64,000 nucleotides of DNA. Source: Marsupella aquatica (lineage: Eukaryota > Plantae > Marchantiophyta). How positions within the stretch are numbered: the stretch's first letter is position 1; each line of letters starts with the position of its first letter. The notes below the pieces were generated by a model that was given only the letters and a program-made list of their open reading frames with translations, was not told where the DNA came from and made no database searches. The DNA is taken from contig OZ316896.1 of NCBI GenBank assembly GCA_973895155.1, positions 18,464,754 to 18,528,753 on the forward strand, given 5' to 3'. The position numbers were made by a program, and so were the translations under genes. Below are positions 50,765 to 64,000 of this stretch, piece by piece.

Positions 50765-52254
50765 CAGGCCATTGGCCCCAAAGAGAAAATGGGTTACTGA
50801 GCATAAACCCAACAAATTAATTTGATTAACCTTGGTAACTTCACACCATTAAGATCTGAGACACCCTAGTGCAACCACGTCTCATTTTGGAACTTGATAC
50901 AAGTACATAGCAATACACCTGTTGTACTAGAATCCAACTAAAGCCTTCTGGAGGTAGGAGGAACAGCCTGTAGGAAACTACAAGGGATAAGAGGCCAATA
51001 GCTAGAACGTGTGCCTTCAGAGTGAGTTTCCCTTACTATTCTTAAAGCCCTTGGCCTTATGGTTGGATCATCACTTTGAGGATCAACTTCAATAATGTGT
51101 GACAAGGTCTCCAAGCTCAATTGGTATAGCCATACACTAGGAAATTGTAAATTTGAGACCCTCCAAGAATGACAACTAAACTTATTTGCTATCTGGTAAA
51201 TTCACATGTCATGTTCATGATGCAACTACAGTAGGTGACTCAGGCATCAACTACAGAATTGTAACAGGATTTCGTTGAGATTTGATGATATTTCAGACTA
51301 TATAATTACAACCAGCCATCCGCTCACATAATGCCCACAATTTCATGTCTGAGGCAGAAATTCGTGAGGACTTGGTTTGGACCCAAACATTTTATCCAGT
51401 TCGTAGTGTTAGGCACTACATTTGGGTAGAGGAATGTGAGTTTAGTATTTCAAATCATGGTTAGTTGGCTTAAGGGTTTAGACAATGTTGGAAACAGGAA
51501 AACTTCTGGCAAAAGCAAACAGGAGTTTCGTGGGTTGAGTGAGTGTGTTTGGGCCAACTACTCCCATGCCAACAGCATGGGCTCAACCTAAAAGTTCTCT
51601 GTCTATTCTGGAATTCTCAAATAGACCACCTGGTTCATGCAAAGCATGGCTCGAAGCCAGAAGTTCTCTGTACAGCCTAGAATTTCAAAGAGACCACCTG
51701 GTTGGACTGAGCTACTACAAGTTAAAAAAAAATAGTAAAAGTGGAAAGTTTAGAAATTAACCAAAATAAAATTGGGTTTTGTTGCCGTAGCAAACCACAC
51801 TAACAATCATTGCCCGTATATATTTACCTTGCCATTCATTTGCCCCCTCTCTTTCCTTGGCATTTTATAAAATCTGAACTCTTCAATAATTTTCTCAGCC
51901 ACTGCCTTGTTTGTTTTGGACAAAATAATCTGCCACTTAGCCATTAAAAATTTCATCCTTCATTGACCCAGGCTGCCCACACAATTGATGCCCCACTAGA
52001 TTTTCGGTGGGACCCTGACCCGCAAAACCACAGTGACGGCAAAATAAGGAACTGTGACGAGGCAAGTGACATATGAGTAAATAATATGAAGGAGTGACAA
52101 ATTTGTCCACAGCAAAAGACAAATCAAGTAGAAAAATGGCATATAGAAATTCTCTTCTTGGTTTTGCCTCCCAAAAAACTGTAGATGCCATTTGGCGGAG
52201 TTTCAAAGCAACTAAGCTAGGGACTGCGCATTGGGCGTCCTCGAACACTTATTT

Positions 52255-52640
52255 CACGACTCTTTCGTCACCACCAACGCTTGCGTTCCACTCGCACACG
52301 CTCTTTGGGTTCTTCCTCCACTATCAGTCTATTCCAATCTCCTTGAGGACTTCTTTCAGTACTATTCCTTCACCACCAACACTCGCGTTCCACTCCACTA
52401 TCAGTCTGTTCCAATCTCCTTGAAGACTTCTTTCAGTACTATTCCTTCACCACCAACACTCGCTTTTCCACTCTTTGGGTTCTTCCTCCACTATCAGTCT
52501 GTTCCAATCTCCTTCAAGACTTCTCCCACTACTATTCCCTCACCGTTAACACTCGCGTTCCACTCACACGCTATTCGGGTTCTTCCTTCACTTGCAGTCT
52601 GTTCCACTCTGACATGCTGAGAGTTCTTCCTTCACTATCA
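52255..52640. repeat. Minisatellite, four to five units of ~78-100 bp
   Basis: ccactatcagtctgttccaatctccttgaagacttctttcagtactattccttcaccaccaacactcgc repeated. Confidence 0.9.
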
Positions 52641-53917
52641 TGTCACTAATTACAATGAGGCCCAAAGATCGTGAGGTAATCAGGACATGAAACAACAGTA
52701 ACGATCCGCAACAAACCTTGCCCGCCAATTCCTACACAGGACCTAGATTCGAGTTCCTACATTCAGGAGGATGGACGACGAGAACATAACCAATCGGTGA
52801 GATGCAAGTCGTTAAATAAATACACAGACTCTGTAGTAAAACAAACCTAGAAATATGGGGATATTTCGGTGATGAAGCGATTCGGTTGGAACTTGCTTGA
52901 TCAAAAATAAATGTAAATTTGATTTCATGGGCGACCAATCTGAGTTGGGCGAACAAAATTGGCCGGAAAGAAAGGAAACTGGATGCATTCAAACTGAGAA
53001 AGTACTGAGGCCCGTTTCGTGCAGGGTGCAACAGTTGTGAAGCTGCAGCACAGTTTACAGGACGAGTTGTTACCCACTGACGGCAAGGACGCATGCCTCC
53101 CTCCAGATTTGCTTAACTATGTCGGTAAATTCTGTAAGAAACAAGTCAGGTCTACCCGTCGAGTCCAGTCCAAAATTTCCACCCCAACAAAGATCAACTT
53201 CGCAAACCCGTCGAAAGACAGACCACCTGCACAGCCTGTAAAGACAAACTTGGCCAGTACAAGAAATGAGCTAAAAGCACAGTCTACAGCTCAATCACTA
53301 CAAGCCGGAAGCAGTCCGCCTCGTTCTAGACAAGAAGAACCGTCACGTATGCTCCTGTGTGACGGAGACGGACACTTACTGCAATTCGTTAGCGTGATCC
53401 ATGTTCGTGACCCTCAATCCATAAAGTGGCCATAAAAATGGGCGACAAAATCGATTAGTGAAATGATCCAGGTCGACACTCATGAAGACGAGAGATTGCA
53501 ACCTACTATACAAGATGGACGAAGCTAGGTTTCTTGATACAAACACAGCAGACTACACAGCTCTCATCGAATTGGTCAGCTCGTGAATCTACGAGAAGGG
53601 TAGATAGACAGCAGAGTTTGATGCAGTAGACTAGAGTGACACAGCCTCGGTGTGTAATTTGTACAACCAAGAGTAGTTTCTCTTATTCAAGTCGTGACTC
53701 AAATTCAGAGTGGTGATTTCTGTTGTCATCAAAGACTCCCCCCACCTCGCTCTCTATATCGACATCAATGATTGGCAGATTCCTATCTGAGTTGCATGAG
53801 CTCTGCTGGCTGGTTGCAGTCCGCCTCAAGAAATGCTTGCTTGCTTTAGCAAGCATTGTGTAGTGAGTGTTCTTTCTTCTTCTTCTTCTTCTGTCTACCT
53901 GTACCAGAGCTCTGAAC

Positions 53918-54994
53918 CTAATACTTATATCCAGCTACATGGAGGCTCTCCTCTGTCCCAACTCCACCTGAAGCACCACCCTTGTACTTGCCGAGAGTCG
54001 CCTCTGAGTTGGCCTTGGCCCTCTTGTAGAAGGCCGTCTGTGCAGCCTCGATGTTCTCCTTCTTTCCCAGCCATGTCTTCAGCACACTCGCTTGCAGAGC
54101 CCGTCCGAATGAGAATGACAACGTCCATGGCTTGATGGTATCAAGCGCATTGATAGCATTCAAATTCAACGTGGCCTCCTCTTCACTCTGCCCTCCGGAC
54201 AAGAACACAATCCCGGGCACTGCAGGGGGCACAGTTCTCTGGAGAGCCTGCACAGTGTACTTAGCGACCACTTCTGGCGCCACCTTTTTGGACTCGGAAC
54301 CGGGAGTGACCATGTTCGGCTTCAGCAATGTCCCCTCGAGGAGCACATGCTGATCATTCAAGGCCTTGTAGACGGCGGCTAGGACGATCTCGGTAACGTA
54401 CGCGCACTTCTTAATGTCGTGGGGGCCATCGACTAAAATCTCCGGTTCGACAATTGGGACGAGGCCGTTCTCCTGGCAGATGATGGCGTAGCGGGCAAGG
54501 CCCTGCGCATTCTGCTGAATGGAGAGCTCGGATGGCTCGTTGGGGCCGATCTTGAGCACGGCTCTCCATTTGGCGAATCGGGCCCCGGCTTCGTAGTACT
54601 TTTTGCACCTGTCGCCGAGCCCGTCGTGGCCCTGTGTCGTCGTCTCCTTGTCCGTTCCAGAGAGGTCGACCACACCCTTGTCGACCTTGATGCCGGGAAT
54701 CACACCCTCCGCCTCGAGCAGCTTCACGAACGGAGTGCCATCATCGGCCTTTTGGTACAGCGTCTCCTCGAAGAGAATCACTCCGCTCAGATACTGTGAC
54801 GCCTCAGGAGCAGTGAAGAGAAGCTGCCTCAACGCTTGTCTGTTGGCCTCCACATTCTCGACCTTAATGCTCGTCAACCTCTTTCCGATCGTGCCCGTGC
54901 TCTCGTCTGCTGCGAGAATTCCCTTCCCCGGTGTCGCGATGTACTTCGCTGTCTTCACCAGCTCATCCGCGTATTTCCCCACGAAGGCCGACAT
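53918..54994 (-). CDS. FBA: Fructose-bisphosphate aldolase class I, cytosolic, 358 aa, intronless CDS
   Basis: [45 protein letters not shown] (Schiff-base Lys), [15 protein letters not shown]-terminal Tyr; no transit peptide. Confidence 0.98.
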   Translation of the reverse strand: MSAFVGKYADELVKTAKYIATPGKGILAADESTGTIGKRLTSIKVENVEANRQALRQLLFTAPEASQYLSGVILFEETLYQKADDGTPFVKLLEAEGVIPGIKVDKGVVDLSGTDKETTTQGHDGLGDRCKKYYEAGARFAKWRAVLKIGPNEPSELSIQQNAQGLARYAIICQENGLVPIVEPEILVDGPHDIKKCAYVTEIVLAAVYKALNDQHVLLEGTLLKPNMVTPGSESKKVAPEVVAKYTVQALQRTVPPAVPGIVFLSGGQSEEEATLNLNAINALDTIKPWTLSFSFGRALQASVLKTWLGKKENIEAAQTAFYKRAKANSEATLGKYKGGASGGVGTEESLHVAGYKY

Positions 54995-55548
54995 CTTCCT
55001 CTCACACCGATCTCTCTCGTCTAGACAGAAGTGGACTGATAGATTAGCTAGCTCGCTGCTGCTACACTCGCTCTCTTGCTCTCTCTCTCTCTGTTGGGTC
55101 GAAGCAGAATTGATCGACGAGCTCGCTCGCTCGCTTGCTCACTCGTGCTACTGCACCTTTTTACCTATGTATGGTACGGGACTTGATGATCTAGTAGGTG
55201 CGCGGCGACAACAACCTGATCCGAAAAGGGACGGAACTCGTGGGAAAAGTATGGGTTCAGAGGTGTAGCGATGGCGGAGGAGGAGAACATCGTCCAGCAG
55301 GAGAGAATCAGGAGAGGGGACGACGGGGAGGGCTTTAAATTGCAAACACACGACGCGGATAACGCACTCACGGTGCAGCAGGCAGAAACTGGAATCTGAT
55401 TTGGCGTTCAGAAATATGGAGCACCGGATTTGGGGCTCCGTCATCGAAAGGCCACCGAATATATGATGATGCCGTCCGACCCGTCTCGAGCGTAGAGGTA
55501 GAAAACCATCGTAGAAGTGGGAAAGCAAAGTAATCACAACATCTTCGT

Positions 55549-55576
55549 CCCCGCCCCTCCGCCCCTCCGCCCCGCC
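55549..55576 (-). promoter_or_regulatory. Tandem GC-box-like motifs ~560 bp upstream of the aldolase ATG
   Basis: ccccgcccctccgcccctccgccccgcc; function inferred only from position. Confidence 0.3.
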
Positions 55577-56393
55577 ATTTTTGCCGTTAAAAAGTGGAGT
55601 TCCGCCAGGACACTCTGTACCGGGATGGACCTACGCTAAACAATACTAGCTATTTTTTTATTTATTGCAAAGAAATAATTTAAGTACGCTCAGATGGACC
55701 ACTCTCAGTCTCTCATGAACTGGGAACCCGGACGTACAGGTGTACTCTTGAGCAGACAAATCTTAATTATTTTTATTCCGTGAATGATGAAAGTTATGCT
55801 CTGCTGGATCACGCTCATGAACCGTGCAACTTGGAGTCCAGGATACTGTTAACTAGAGAGAGAAGTATGGATTTTTTTACAGAGAAACAAAAATGTTATC
55901 TAAGTACAAGAAAGGTTTTTCTGCGGACATCTGGGTTGTGGGGCACTTTGTCAAACGTTATGGTCCATGGGGGCTACAGTTTTCACTTTTCAGGAATGAG
56001 GTAACTGTAAGATATTGAAATTAATATTGGGATGGACCACTCGGGCAGGCAATCAAGCAGCCAAGATTGTGACCCACAAGGGTTGTGATAAATGTGTTTC
56101 CCTACAACCATCAACCTAAATTACATTTTTTGGTTTCTGCTGTCTCTCCTCAGATTTTCCTTCTCTTGTTTGCCTTATTCTCTAAACTGCGTGAAAAAGA
56201 TGCCTGGATGGACTTTAGGATCTCTTCCAGTCATGCACTGTACAACCCCCATGGACCATAACATCCTAGTTTATACTTTCTCTTGCTCACATTCTAACTT
56301 CCCGCTTCCAGAAACATTTCACCAAACCTTGCTACGCATCAAAATTTGCTTTTCTTGGAAACATTAGAACCATCTTCAAAAGCTCCTTCCAAG

Positions 56394-56830
56394 AGGGCGT
56401 CTCAAAGCTCAGTCACTAGAGAAAGTTATGGATTTATGATATATCCCATAAGTTATGGGACCCAGTTATAGAATTTTAAAAAATGGGGGAGGTAACATTG
56501 ACCTGCCCCATAAGGCAGGAGTTACGGCCTCACCTGTTTTATAGCATATTTTCTTCCTCAACTCATGATCAGCCGCGCCCCAAATGCAGCAGCGATCACC
56601 ACGTCAAGAGAAAATCTCATGTGCCTTCAGTTGCGGCTTTCCGGAGTTCCGGAGTCCTGGATTTCCAGATTTCCGCCTAAAGTCACGGGACAGTTATAGG
56701 TTAACTGTTGAACCCACGGGCTTTCCTTATGGTAGCCAAAGATCGGCTCCCATAACTTTTACAGGAGTTCTCATAATACTTGAGTTATGGGAAGACCTTA
56801 TCTAGTTAAGGCCAAGCTTTGAGATACCCT
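56394..56830. mobile_element. MITE-like element, copy 2
   Basis: TIR agggcgtctcaaagct / agctttgagataccct (14 of 16 match); internal homology to 49855-50277. Confidence 0.8.
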
Positions 56831-59800
56831 AATCAGCCTAATAGTGTCATCTTTGGTTAAGAATTGAGTGAGAGCTTTCATTGGAATGAGTTTTTTTAAA
56901 TCACCATTTTGAGTGAGAGCTTGAACTCCCAAATATTCCTTTCTTGTTACATCTCACTTGCTGCTGTAACACAGGTCATCTCTGGAAAGTTTAGCTGAGG
57001 TCCATGCAAGTTGGCAAGGCTATCCTAAATTTTAAGCAAACCCAGGTTCCATCTGGGTTTCTTTTCCTAAGAGCATGCGCACTGGTTTCATGGCTGTTGG
57101 GACAATTTTGGGGGGCCAATACAGGACAGTAACGTCACACCCTCCCCAAAGAATAAATTTATTGCACCTATAGCTTACATTCAACCATGCATCAGCTTCA
57201 GCACACAAAAATTGTCACAAATCCTGGACGATAGCAACGAATGTGAAGACAGTGTATAACCTAAACATGCGACAACTGCAACACAGATGTGTTCTGCCAA
57301 AGCAAGTAAAACCTGTTTGGCGAACAGGAAAACCAGCAGAAATGCCAATCAGCATTTCAAGTTTAGGGTCTAGGTGCAAGCTGTTCAACAGGTACGAGCC
57401 CAAAAGGTCCCCTCTGCCCAATAACTACACCCATGCCGGTGCGAACCCCAATGAGGAGTGCAGGTGTGGGTGCTCTATTTTTTTTGCTTTGGAAGGGAAT
57501 TTTCTACTAAATTGTGTGAATTATTTTTATGCCGTCTGGCACTCTGGCTGCTCTCATCGTTCTATTTTCTCACGTCAGGTACAGTACTGTACTTACTGTT
57601 GCCCCTTATCATTGGAAGCGCCAATTTCACGCATGCAAGGCTGTGATTATTTTTTGGGGGGATGGGCATTGTCAATAGTTTTTTACATCACTTTTGTATC
57701 CTATCACACTGAGCCCATTCCTGGTCGCTTTTAAAAACAAAACTGAGCCCATTGAGCATTTTTATTCAATGAAAAACTAGCAAATTTAAGAACTTATGAA
57801 GTTTTGGGTGTATGTTTTATTCCAACAAAACTTATTTAGGGATGCCGAACGATACACTGTAGATTCTAGTGTGATGTGATTTTATGTAATCAAGAATTAT
57901 TTAGGGACATAGATTCTTTTGTTTGGAAAGACCCAAATCAGTTTACTAATAACAGCAGAGAACATGCAAGTGGACAACCCACAAGCCCCAAAGAAAGGGA
58001 CCCACAAGAAACAACGTCCGTGCAAGAAATGTGCATTTATCTCCTGTATCGCATATTACCATAGTGTCATCTCTGTCAGTACAATAAATAAGTTCTGTAC
58101 AGTAGTTATTGAAAAAAATAATCTGAGTGACAATATATTTTAGAGTGTACAAACTACCAAATAATTCTGTCATGTACATTATAAGAATATTACAAGCATC
58201 TTCATGTAAATAACTTTTTTGTGTGTGATGACACTTCCCCATTGCAATTACTTCCTGGAATAAAAATAAATTAATATGTTGTGCAGGTCACAGCAAACAG
58301 CAGTTATGGCCCTACCATAACTGCTGACAGAGCTTGGTACAAACGCTCTCAGTCTCTGAAATTTGGACCACATAATTCTGGTCCCATATGCCGTCTACCC
58401 CACTTCTAAACTAATTTCCTGTGGAGGTATATGTTTGATGGGACCTCTTAAAACTAATTTATGTGGTAACTTTTGTAAACTAGTCTCCCTTTGACACCTT
58501 TGTGTCAGATGTTCTTGTAAAGTTATTATAATGAGTTTTAGTTTGATATTATCACCAATAAGAATTACTATAAAATTTAGAGTCACACTGTGCTGAATGA
58601 CAGACTACACCGTTGAAGAATTGCAGAGTAATCACAACCGTCGAGGGAACTTTGAGTTCCTAAGTGAATACAATATAGTTCATGTCTTCAGGTTTGATTT
58701 CTATCATATAGTTCGTCTTTAGGTTGCTTCACGCAAATTATGCACATGGTTTGCATGATGTTTGGACGTATTTCTTTGTTCTTTTGTCTAAGTATGGAAT
58801 GAATCCTCTACTTTTGACCAATTGGCCCCTATTGCAATGCTCAAAAATTCTCTAAAGTGTGGGACAAAGACGGCATGGATGTTGTCCTCACACATCTAGA
58901 CCCCAGATTTGTCTAAGTATGGAAGGAACCAAAGATCTTTTACTTTTGACTATTTTTCCTTGTTACAACTTTCAAAATTTGTCTAAGTGTGAAACAAAGA
59001 TAACATAGAATCAATCCAAACGGAAAGTATTTGCTAGCCTGCAAGAACTAGACTAAATGTTGTACAAACCTGTTATCATGTAGGAGCCAATTCCCTAAAA
59101 CGCTATAATCATATGAAGATATAATTCATTATGTCTTCAAGCATAGAGGTACACAGGTTGGACTATGACGCGACGCTCGATGGGAAATGTATGGTTGGCT
59201 ATGCAGTTAGGCACCACATATATAAGAACCATGTGTACATAACCTATGTAGGGGACCTATTTTGTAACAAAATTTTTGTTGGGGGGCCTTGTTTGCAACA
59301 AAAGTTTAGTAGGGCCCTATCATGTAAATATATTTTGGAAATGGTCCCATCAAGCATATACCTCTTTCCTGTCATGCCAAGGGTGCACTTGAACGGGTTT
59401 CCAAGAAATGCTATTGCTATATTTGTGTATTTTGTGATGGGGTCAAAAAATTAGGAAATTTTCTCTGCCCCATAGCACTTAATAAAATTTGTTTCCTCTT
59501 GAAAATGTGTGAATGGGTTGGAGGGCTATAGAGAGGACATATATGGTAGGTATTGGATTGGACCCAAGGGTTATGGGCAGGTACAATACAAAAAATGACT
59601 GTAGGGGCCGGAGGGCTATGAGTATGGTACAGGATTGGAGGGCTACCGGTATGGCAGTCAACTGGGTGGAGTGTAGGATGATTTGGCAGCCGGCGGGGAG
59701 GTGGAGATGGCTATGGCAGCCAACTTGGTGGAGGCACGATGGTTGGCTGTTGGCTGCTGCCTGCCTGCTCTCGTGCCTGCTCGCCTTTCTTGGCCTACTA

Positions 59801-62800
59801 GCCCTCTGCATTTGGGCTGCACCCTAGCCATTCGCCCCGACCCGCCCCCAACAGTCATACAGAGGGAAAAATGTGACACTTCATGAGCGCATCTGTTGTG
59901 AGTGGGGTTGTGAGCCAAGAATTTAAACCTAGAGACCTTGCCTAATAGCAATTAAATTATAAGTTGTCACTGTGGATTTCCAGGGAAATTACTTGCAGCA
60001 TCAGCATGGCATGTGTGCATGGGTGGAAAATTGAACCATGCTATTGCATGGTGTAGTGTACGCAAACACTATGGTACTTCGAGATGTTTGCTTTCTACTT
60101 CTGCTTGACAATCTATCAATGAATATAGAGTTATTATAGGACACGTAAAGTGTTATTTTGTATTCGAGCAAGATTTAATTTTGGCCACCAAGTTAAGACT
60201 TATTGATGTGAAGGGGAAGGGCATTATTGTGTTTAAGAAGGTGCAGGGATTTGGATGGCCTTAACAATGAATAGATTACACCTCTCAAGAGGGTGGTGTG
60301 GCTTACAATTGCCCAAGGGTGATTCTAAATAGTGGTCGACCTAGTCACCCAGCACCCTCACCAATCCCAGCACCCACGCCTAAGTGCCCCTGGTGCCCAA
60401 ACGCCTCCACGGAACTTCTTGAGAAAGCAACTTGATGCCCCTTGCACCGCTTGCAACCCCTCCCATACGAAGCCGCACTTGCTCCCCCACTTGCTCCCTA
60501 TCACGACCGTTACTCAACGGTCCTCACCGTCTGCACAAGCAACCAAGTACCTCGGCAAGTAACCCAACAGGATCTAGATTTCCCCAAGTCTAGCATCCTA
60601 ACTCAAACTCTACAGATATTTGGTAAGTAGGTCAGTGATAGGTCCTCCCGTTGCCATAAGTCGAAATCAAAGCCGACACCCACTATTTGTCCAGAACAAC
60701 CCCTCTTTGGGTGCAGCCCTGGTTCCCCCTTGTACCTATCCATCACCAACTAACCTCCCTGCCCCCAAGACATGATCATGGCCCAATTAGTGTAGCTTGT
60801 CCTAAAGCTCGTCCCATCACATCGGGACCAGAATGGCCCCGACTCTAGCAACCAGATCCCGGTTCTCACCCCACTGATGGTCTAGGGGCCATGTGCCCTT
60901 GGAACTCAACCTTCGCGCCTACTTGGCCTTGTCTCCCCAATGCAAGCTCCTTTGGGAGACTGTACGCGGCTTGGTTGTTGTTTCGGAAGGATTTGGCAAG
61001 CGGGAGAGATATCCCCTATAAACCCCAAGAACCCATGGCACCCCTAGACCCAGCTGAGCTCAGAAGCATATAATCCTCCTCGAGGTCTTTCCAACGCACC
61101 TAGAAAGTCCTTCAATGGACTTCACGTTGGGAAGTTATCGTCATTTCCTTTTAACATTTTGCTTTAGTGTCGCGACCATCGCAGCTCACGACTTCAGCCC
61201 CCACCTGGACCCCAACCCACTCCCCTCATATATGCTTCTGGAAACCTGCCACCCCCGGACCTATTTTGGTCCCCCACCTGGAACCCCAGCCCGCATGTCT
61301 GGGCACGCCACCAATTGGTTATGCCCATAACTTTCTAGTCAGGCGTTCGTCAACAGAGTGCCTTAGCCCGTTGTGATCAGGCCGACCCAGTGCTCATGCC
61401 TAGGCCCTCAGATCTCATCGTCGTCCGGGACCCCCGATCAGCCATACCCGGATTGGGCCGTAACTCGTGCCCCAAGCGTCCGTTGCCCATGAAGTAAACT
61501 CCATTAGCCTTGGGCCCAAGAGGAGCTCGCACCCAAACCCTCAGAACTCAAAGTCCATTCGGGGGTCCGGACGGTTGACCTTGAGTCCAACCCTTTCCCC
61601 TTGACCTGATCAGCCCTCAGCTAGCCTAAGTCCTTAGTGTGTGTCGCCGGCTTAGCACCTTGCCTTCGCCAATGCCACGCCCCATTGCCCACAAGTCTCC
61701 TTATGCTAAATCCTCCCCAGATGGTCGTTTTGGGCCTGGACCATAGGGGAGTTCGACATTGAAGTCAGTGACGTCGGAGCTAAGTTTTAAGGTAGTCGAG
61801 TTTTACGACTTAAATCAGAACTCCCGATGTGAGTAGGTGTTAACAAACTTAGGTCATTGAGGGGGTTTTTTGAAAAGTCAGCTTAATTAATAACAATCAT
61901 TTATCTAGAGACACTGACATTTTCACCATTTTGTTTGCCAAAAGCTCTCATAACATATGGTGGGCAGTCTGGCCAATGTGTTATGGAAATTTTTATAACA
62001 CGTGCTAGCTAGAAGAATTTTGCAGTAGGAAGCACACAAGAAATATATTAAAGACAAAATATCCAAAGTGGTATAAGTAAAAGAGAGTAAATACACAAGC
62101 ATTTATGCCTAACTCTGCCAATCCTGGCCAAGCATTGCACTAAATCATTAGTTAGGGTATGTCAAGTTTTTACTTTAGCTTGAGACTTCCATGTGAAATT
62201 CTTTTGATGGCAGAGAAGGTACAAGAGGGGCGCATCAGGCCTAAAACAACTGCCCCTGCAATAGGTGTCTCTGGAGACAAATGCCCATCCCGTCCTATCT
62301 GACCGTTGCCTTTGAAATGTTGTAGATTTCAAAATTTTAAGTCAAAGTGATTTGTGATGCCCTACTGATTTCACACACAAAAAAATCTTCTTTCCAAGAA
62401 ATTTGTGGTTTATTCTGTTGGCCCAGCACTTAATTATAGTGAATTGTGAAAATAATCACCCCTTCATGATCTGAATTAGATACATTGGGACACAAGGAAA
62501 AGCCTTTGACATTATCACCATTGGGAACCTAGTGACTTTTGGTTTAGGATTAGGACAACTAACTTCTGAGAATCTTATTACTTTCCAATTGAGACCCGGC
62601 CTTGTCAAAACTTTTTATATTTGGTGAGGAGATTTAACACGTCACAAAAGACAACTTGTGTAACCTAGCAAAGATGCTAATGGCACCTTGTTGTTGGGTG
62701 TGATGGGGAGTATAGCCTTGCTTTTGCATTTTCTCTCTTAAATTGCATGTTGATTGATAATTTTGACACATTCTTATAGTATATTTAATACTTTTATAAC

Positions 62801-63311
62801 CAACACACTGGACTGATCTTTGCATTTAGATGCTTCAGTACAAAGTTTTTGTTTGTCCTCCATAAAGAATGGAATTGATTCAATTCTGTAACATGGCAAC
62901 AAAAACAGCCATTGAAGGTGGACATTGTAAGCATTGGCATTTTACTACAACCTTTGCCAGTGGACTAGCAAAGAGTAGAAAAACTGAAAAGAAAATGTTT
63001 GCCCACAGTCCTACCCTTAGTTAGGACTCAACAGCCAAGATCTCAACTCTGATCTTCACATTTTAAAGAAAATTTGTAGGTCATGTACGTAGCTGACACA
63101 CACCACCAGTCATGTAGCTGACTGGAATTATTTATAACCATGATATAGTAGAGATATATGCTTGATGGGCCCCCTGGTGAACCTTTCTTACCCGATGGGC
63201 CCCTAGGTAACTTTTTTTACCAAGTAGGACCCCTCTTAATGACCAGTACACGTGTTCTTGTGTGGCGCCTACACCTGTCCTTGTGTGGTGCCTACTATGT
63301 ATAGTGACTCC

Positions 63312-64000
63312 AGGAAAACTGCACGGTTGGACCATTCGGCCGACCTTACATGGTTGATCAAGAAACCACAGAGATTATCCGAGAGAAACCGCGAAAAGCG
63401 ACTGCCGCTATCAAAACTGTGATTTGAAGACAATATGCATTATGTCTTTGGTTTCAAAATTTGACATATCGCGTGGTAGTCGTACCAAGTGGGCAAATTC
63501 TGAACATTGAACTTGAATATTCTTTGTGGACATTTGGAGGTACCCCGCACTGACGCTGACAGTCGCGCATGAAAAAATTGTGAAAAACCTATGTGCACCG
63601 CATGAAAAACATATCTAATGACTACCCCGCGATACGGTAAAAATTTGAACCCAAAGACATAATCCATATTGTATTCAAGTTATGGTTTGGGCAGCGGCGG
63701 TAGCTTTTTGCAGTTCTCCCACATCATCTCCGCCGTTTCACCTGTTTCTCCCACATGTTTCTTCGACCATGCAGGGGTGGCCTCCCGCATGGTCCAATAG
63801 TCACAAAAATCCCATACAAGCAAACCTAATGACTACCACGCAATAGGTCAAATTTTGAATCCAAAGACATAATGCATATTGTCTTCAAATCACACTTTCG
63901 ACAGTGGCAGTCGCTTTTCACGGTTTCTCCCGGATAATCTCCGTGGTTTCTCGGTGGACCATGCAGGGTTGGCCGCACGGTCCAACCGTGCAGTTTTCCT
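63312..64000. mobile_element. Foldback/MITE-like element with at least 170-bp inverted arms, running off the window end
   Basis: 63312-63481 is the diverged reverse complement of 63831-64000; a third, more diverged arm copy lies at 63620-63797. Confidence 0.88.

Noticed and set aside
48140-55268. Long antisense ORFs over the ligase and aldolase genes (also seen over the RT and DPE2)
   Set aside because: Shadow ORFs caused by codon bias of the real genes on the opposite strand.
57919-58143. QRPCKKC..CIAYYH resembling a piggyBac cysteine-rich tail
   Set aside because: Motif is incomplete; no DDD core or TTAA-flanked termini seen.
60332-61758. GC-rich block with TG..CA-like ends, possible solo LTR
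   Set aside because: Terminal inverted repeat is imperfect; no TSD, PBS or PPT found.

Overview
Eukaryotic nuclear DNA from an early-diverging land plant, most likely a bryophyte (inferred from gene content, intron style and transposon types; not proven). Six host genes are readable: a DUF4228/PADRE protein (-), plant-specific complex II subunit SDH6 (-, 3 exons, missed by the ORF track), disproportionating enzyme DPE2 (+, 17 exons), an EngB/YihA GTPase (-, 10-11 exons, one GC-AG intron), intronless succinyl-CoA ligase beta (-) and intronless cytosolic fructose-bisphosphate aldolase (-). The intergenic space holds an unusual set of mobile DNA: a near-intact CRE-clade (RT plus restriction-like endonuclease) non-LTR retrotransposon with ~184-bp 5' monomers and a zinc finger hidden by two frameshifts; a decayed Replitron HUH transposase; a poly(A)-tailed insertion with a 15-bp TSD; nested and dispersed MITE-like elements; a foldback element; and a ~180-bp tandem array abutting the SDH6 5' end. 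All calls come from manual reading; no searches were run.
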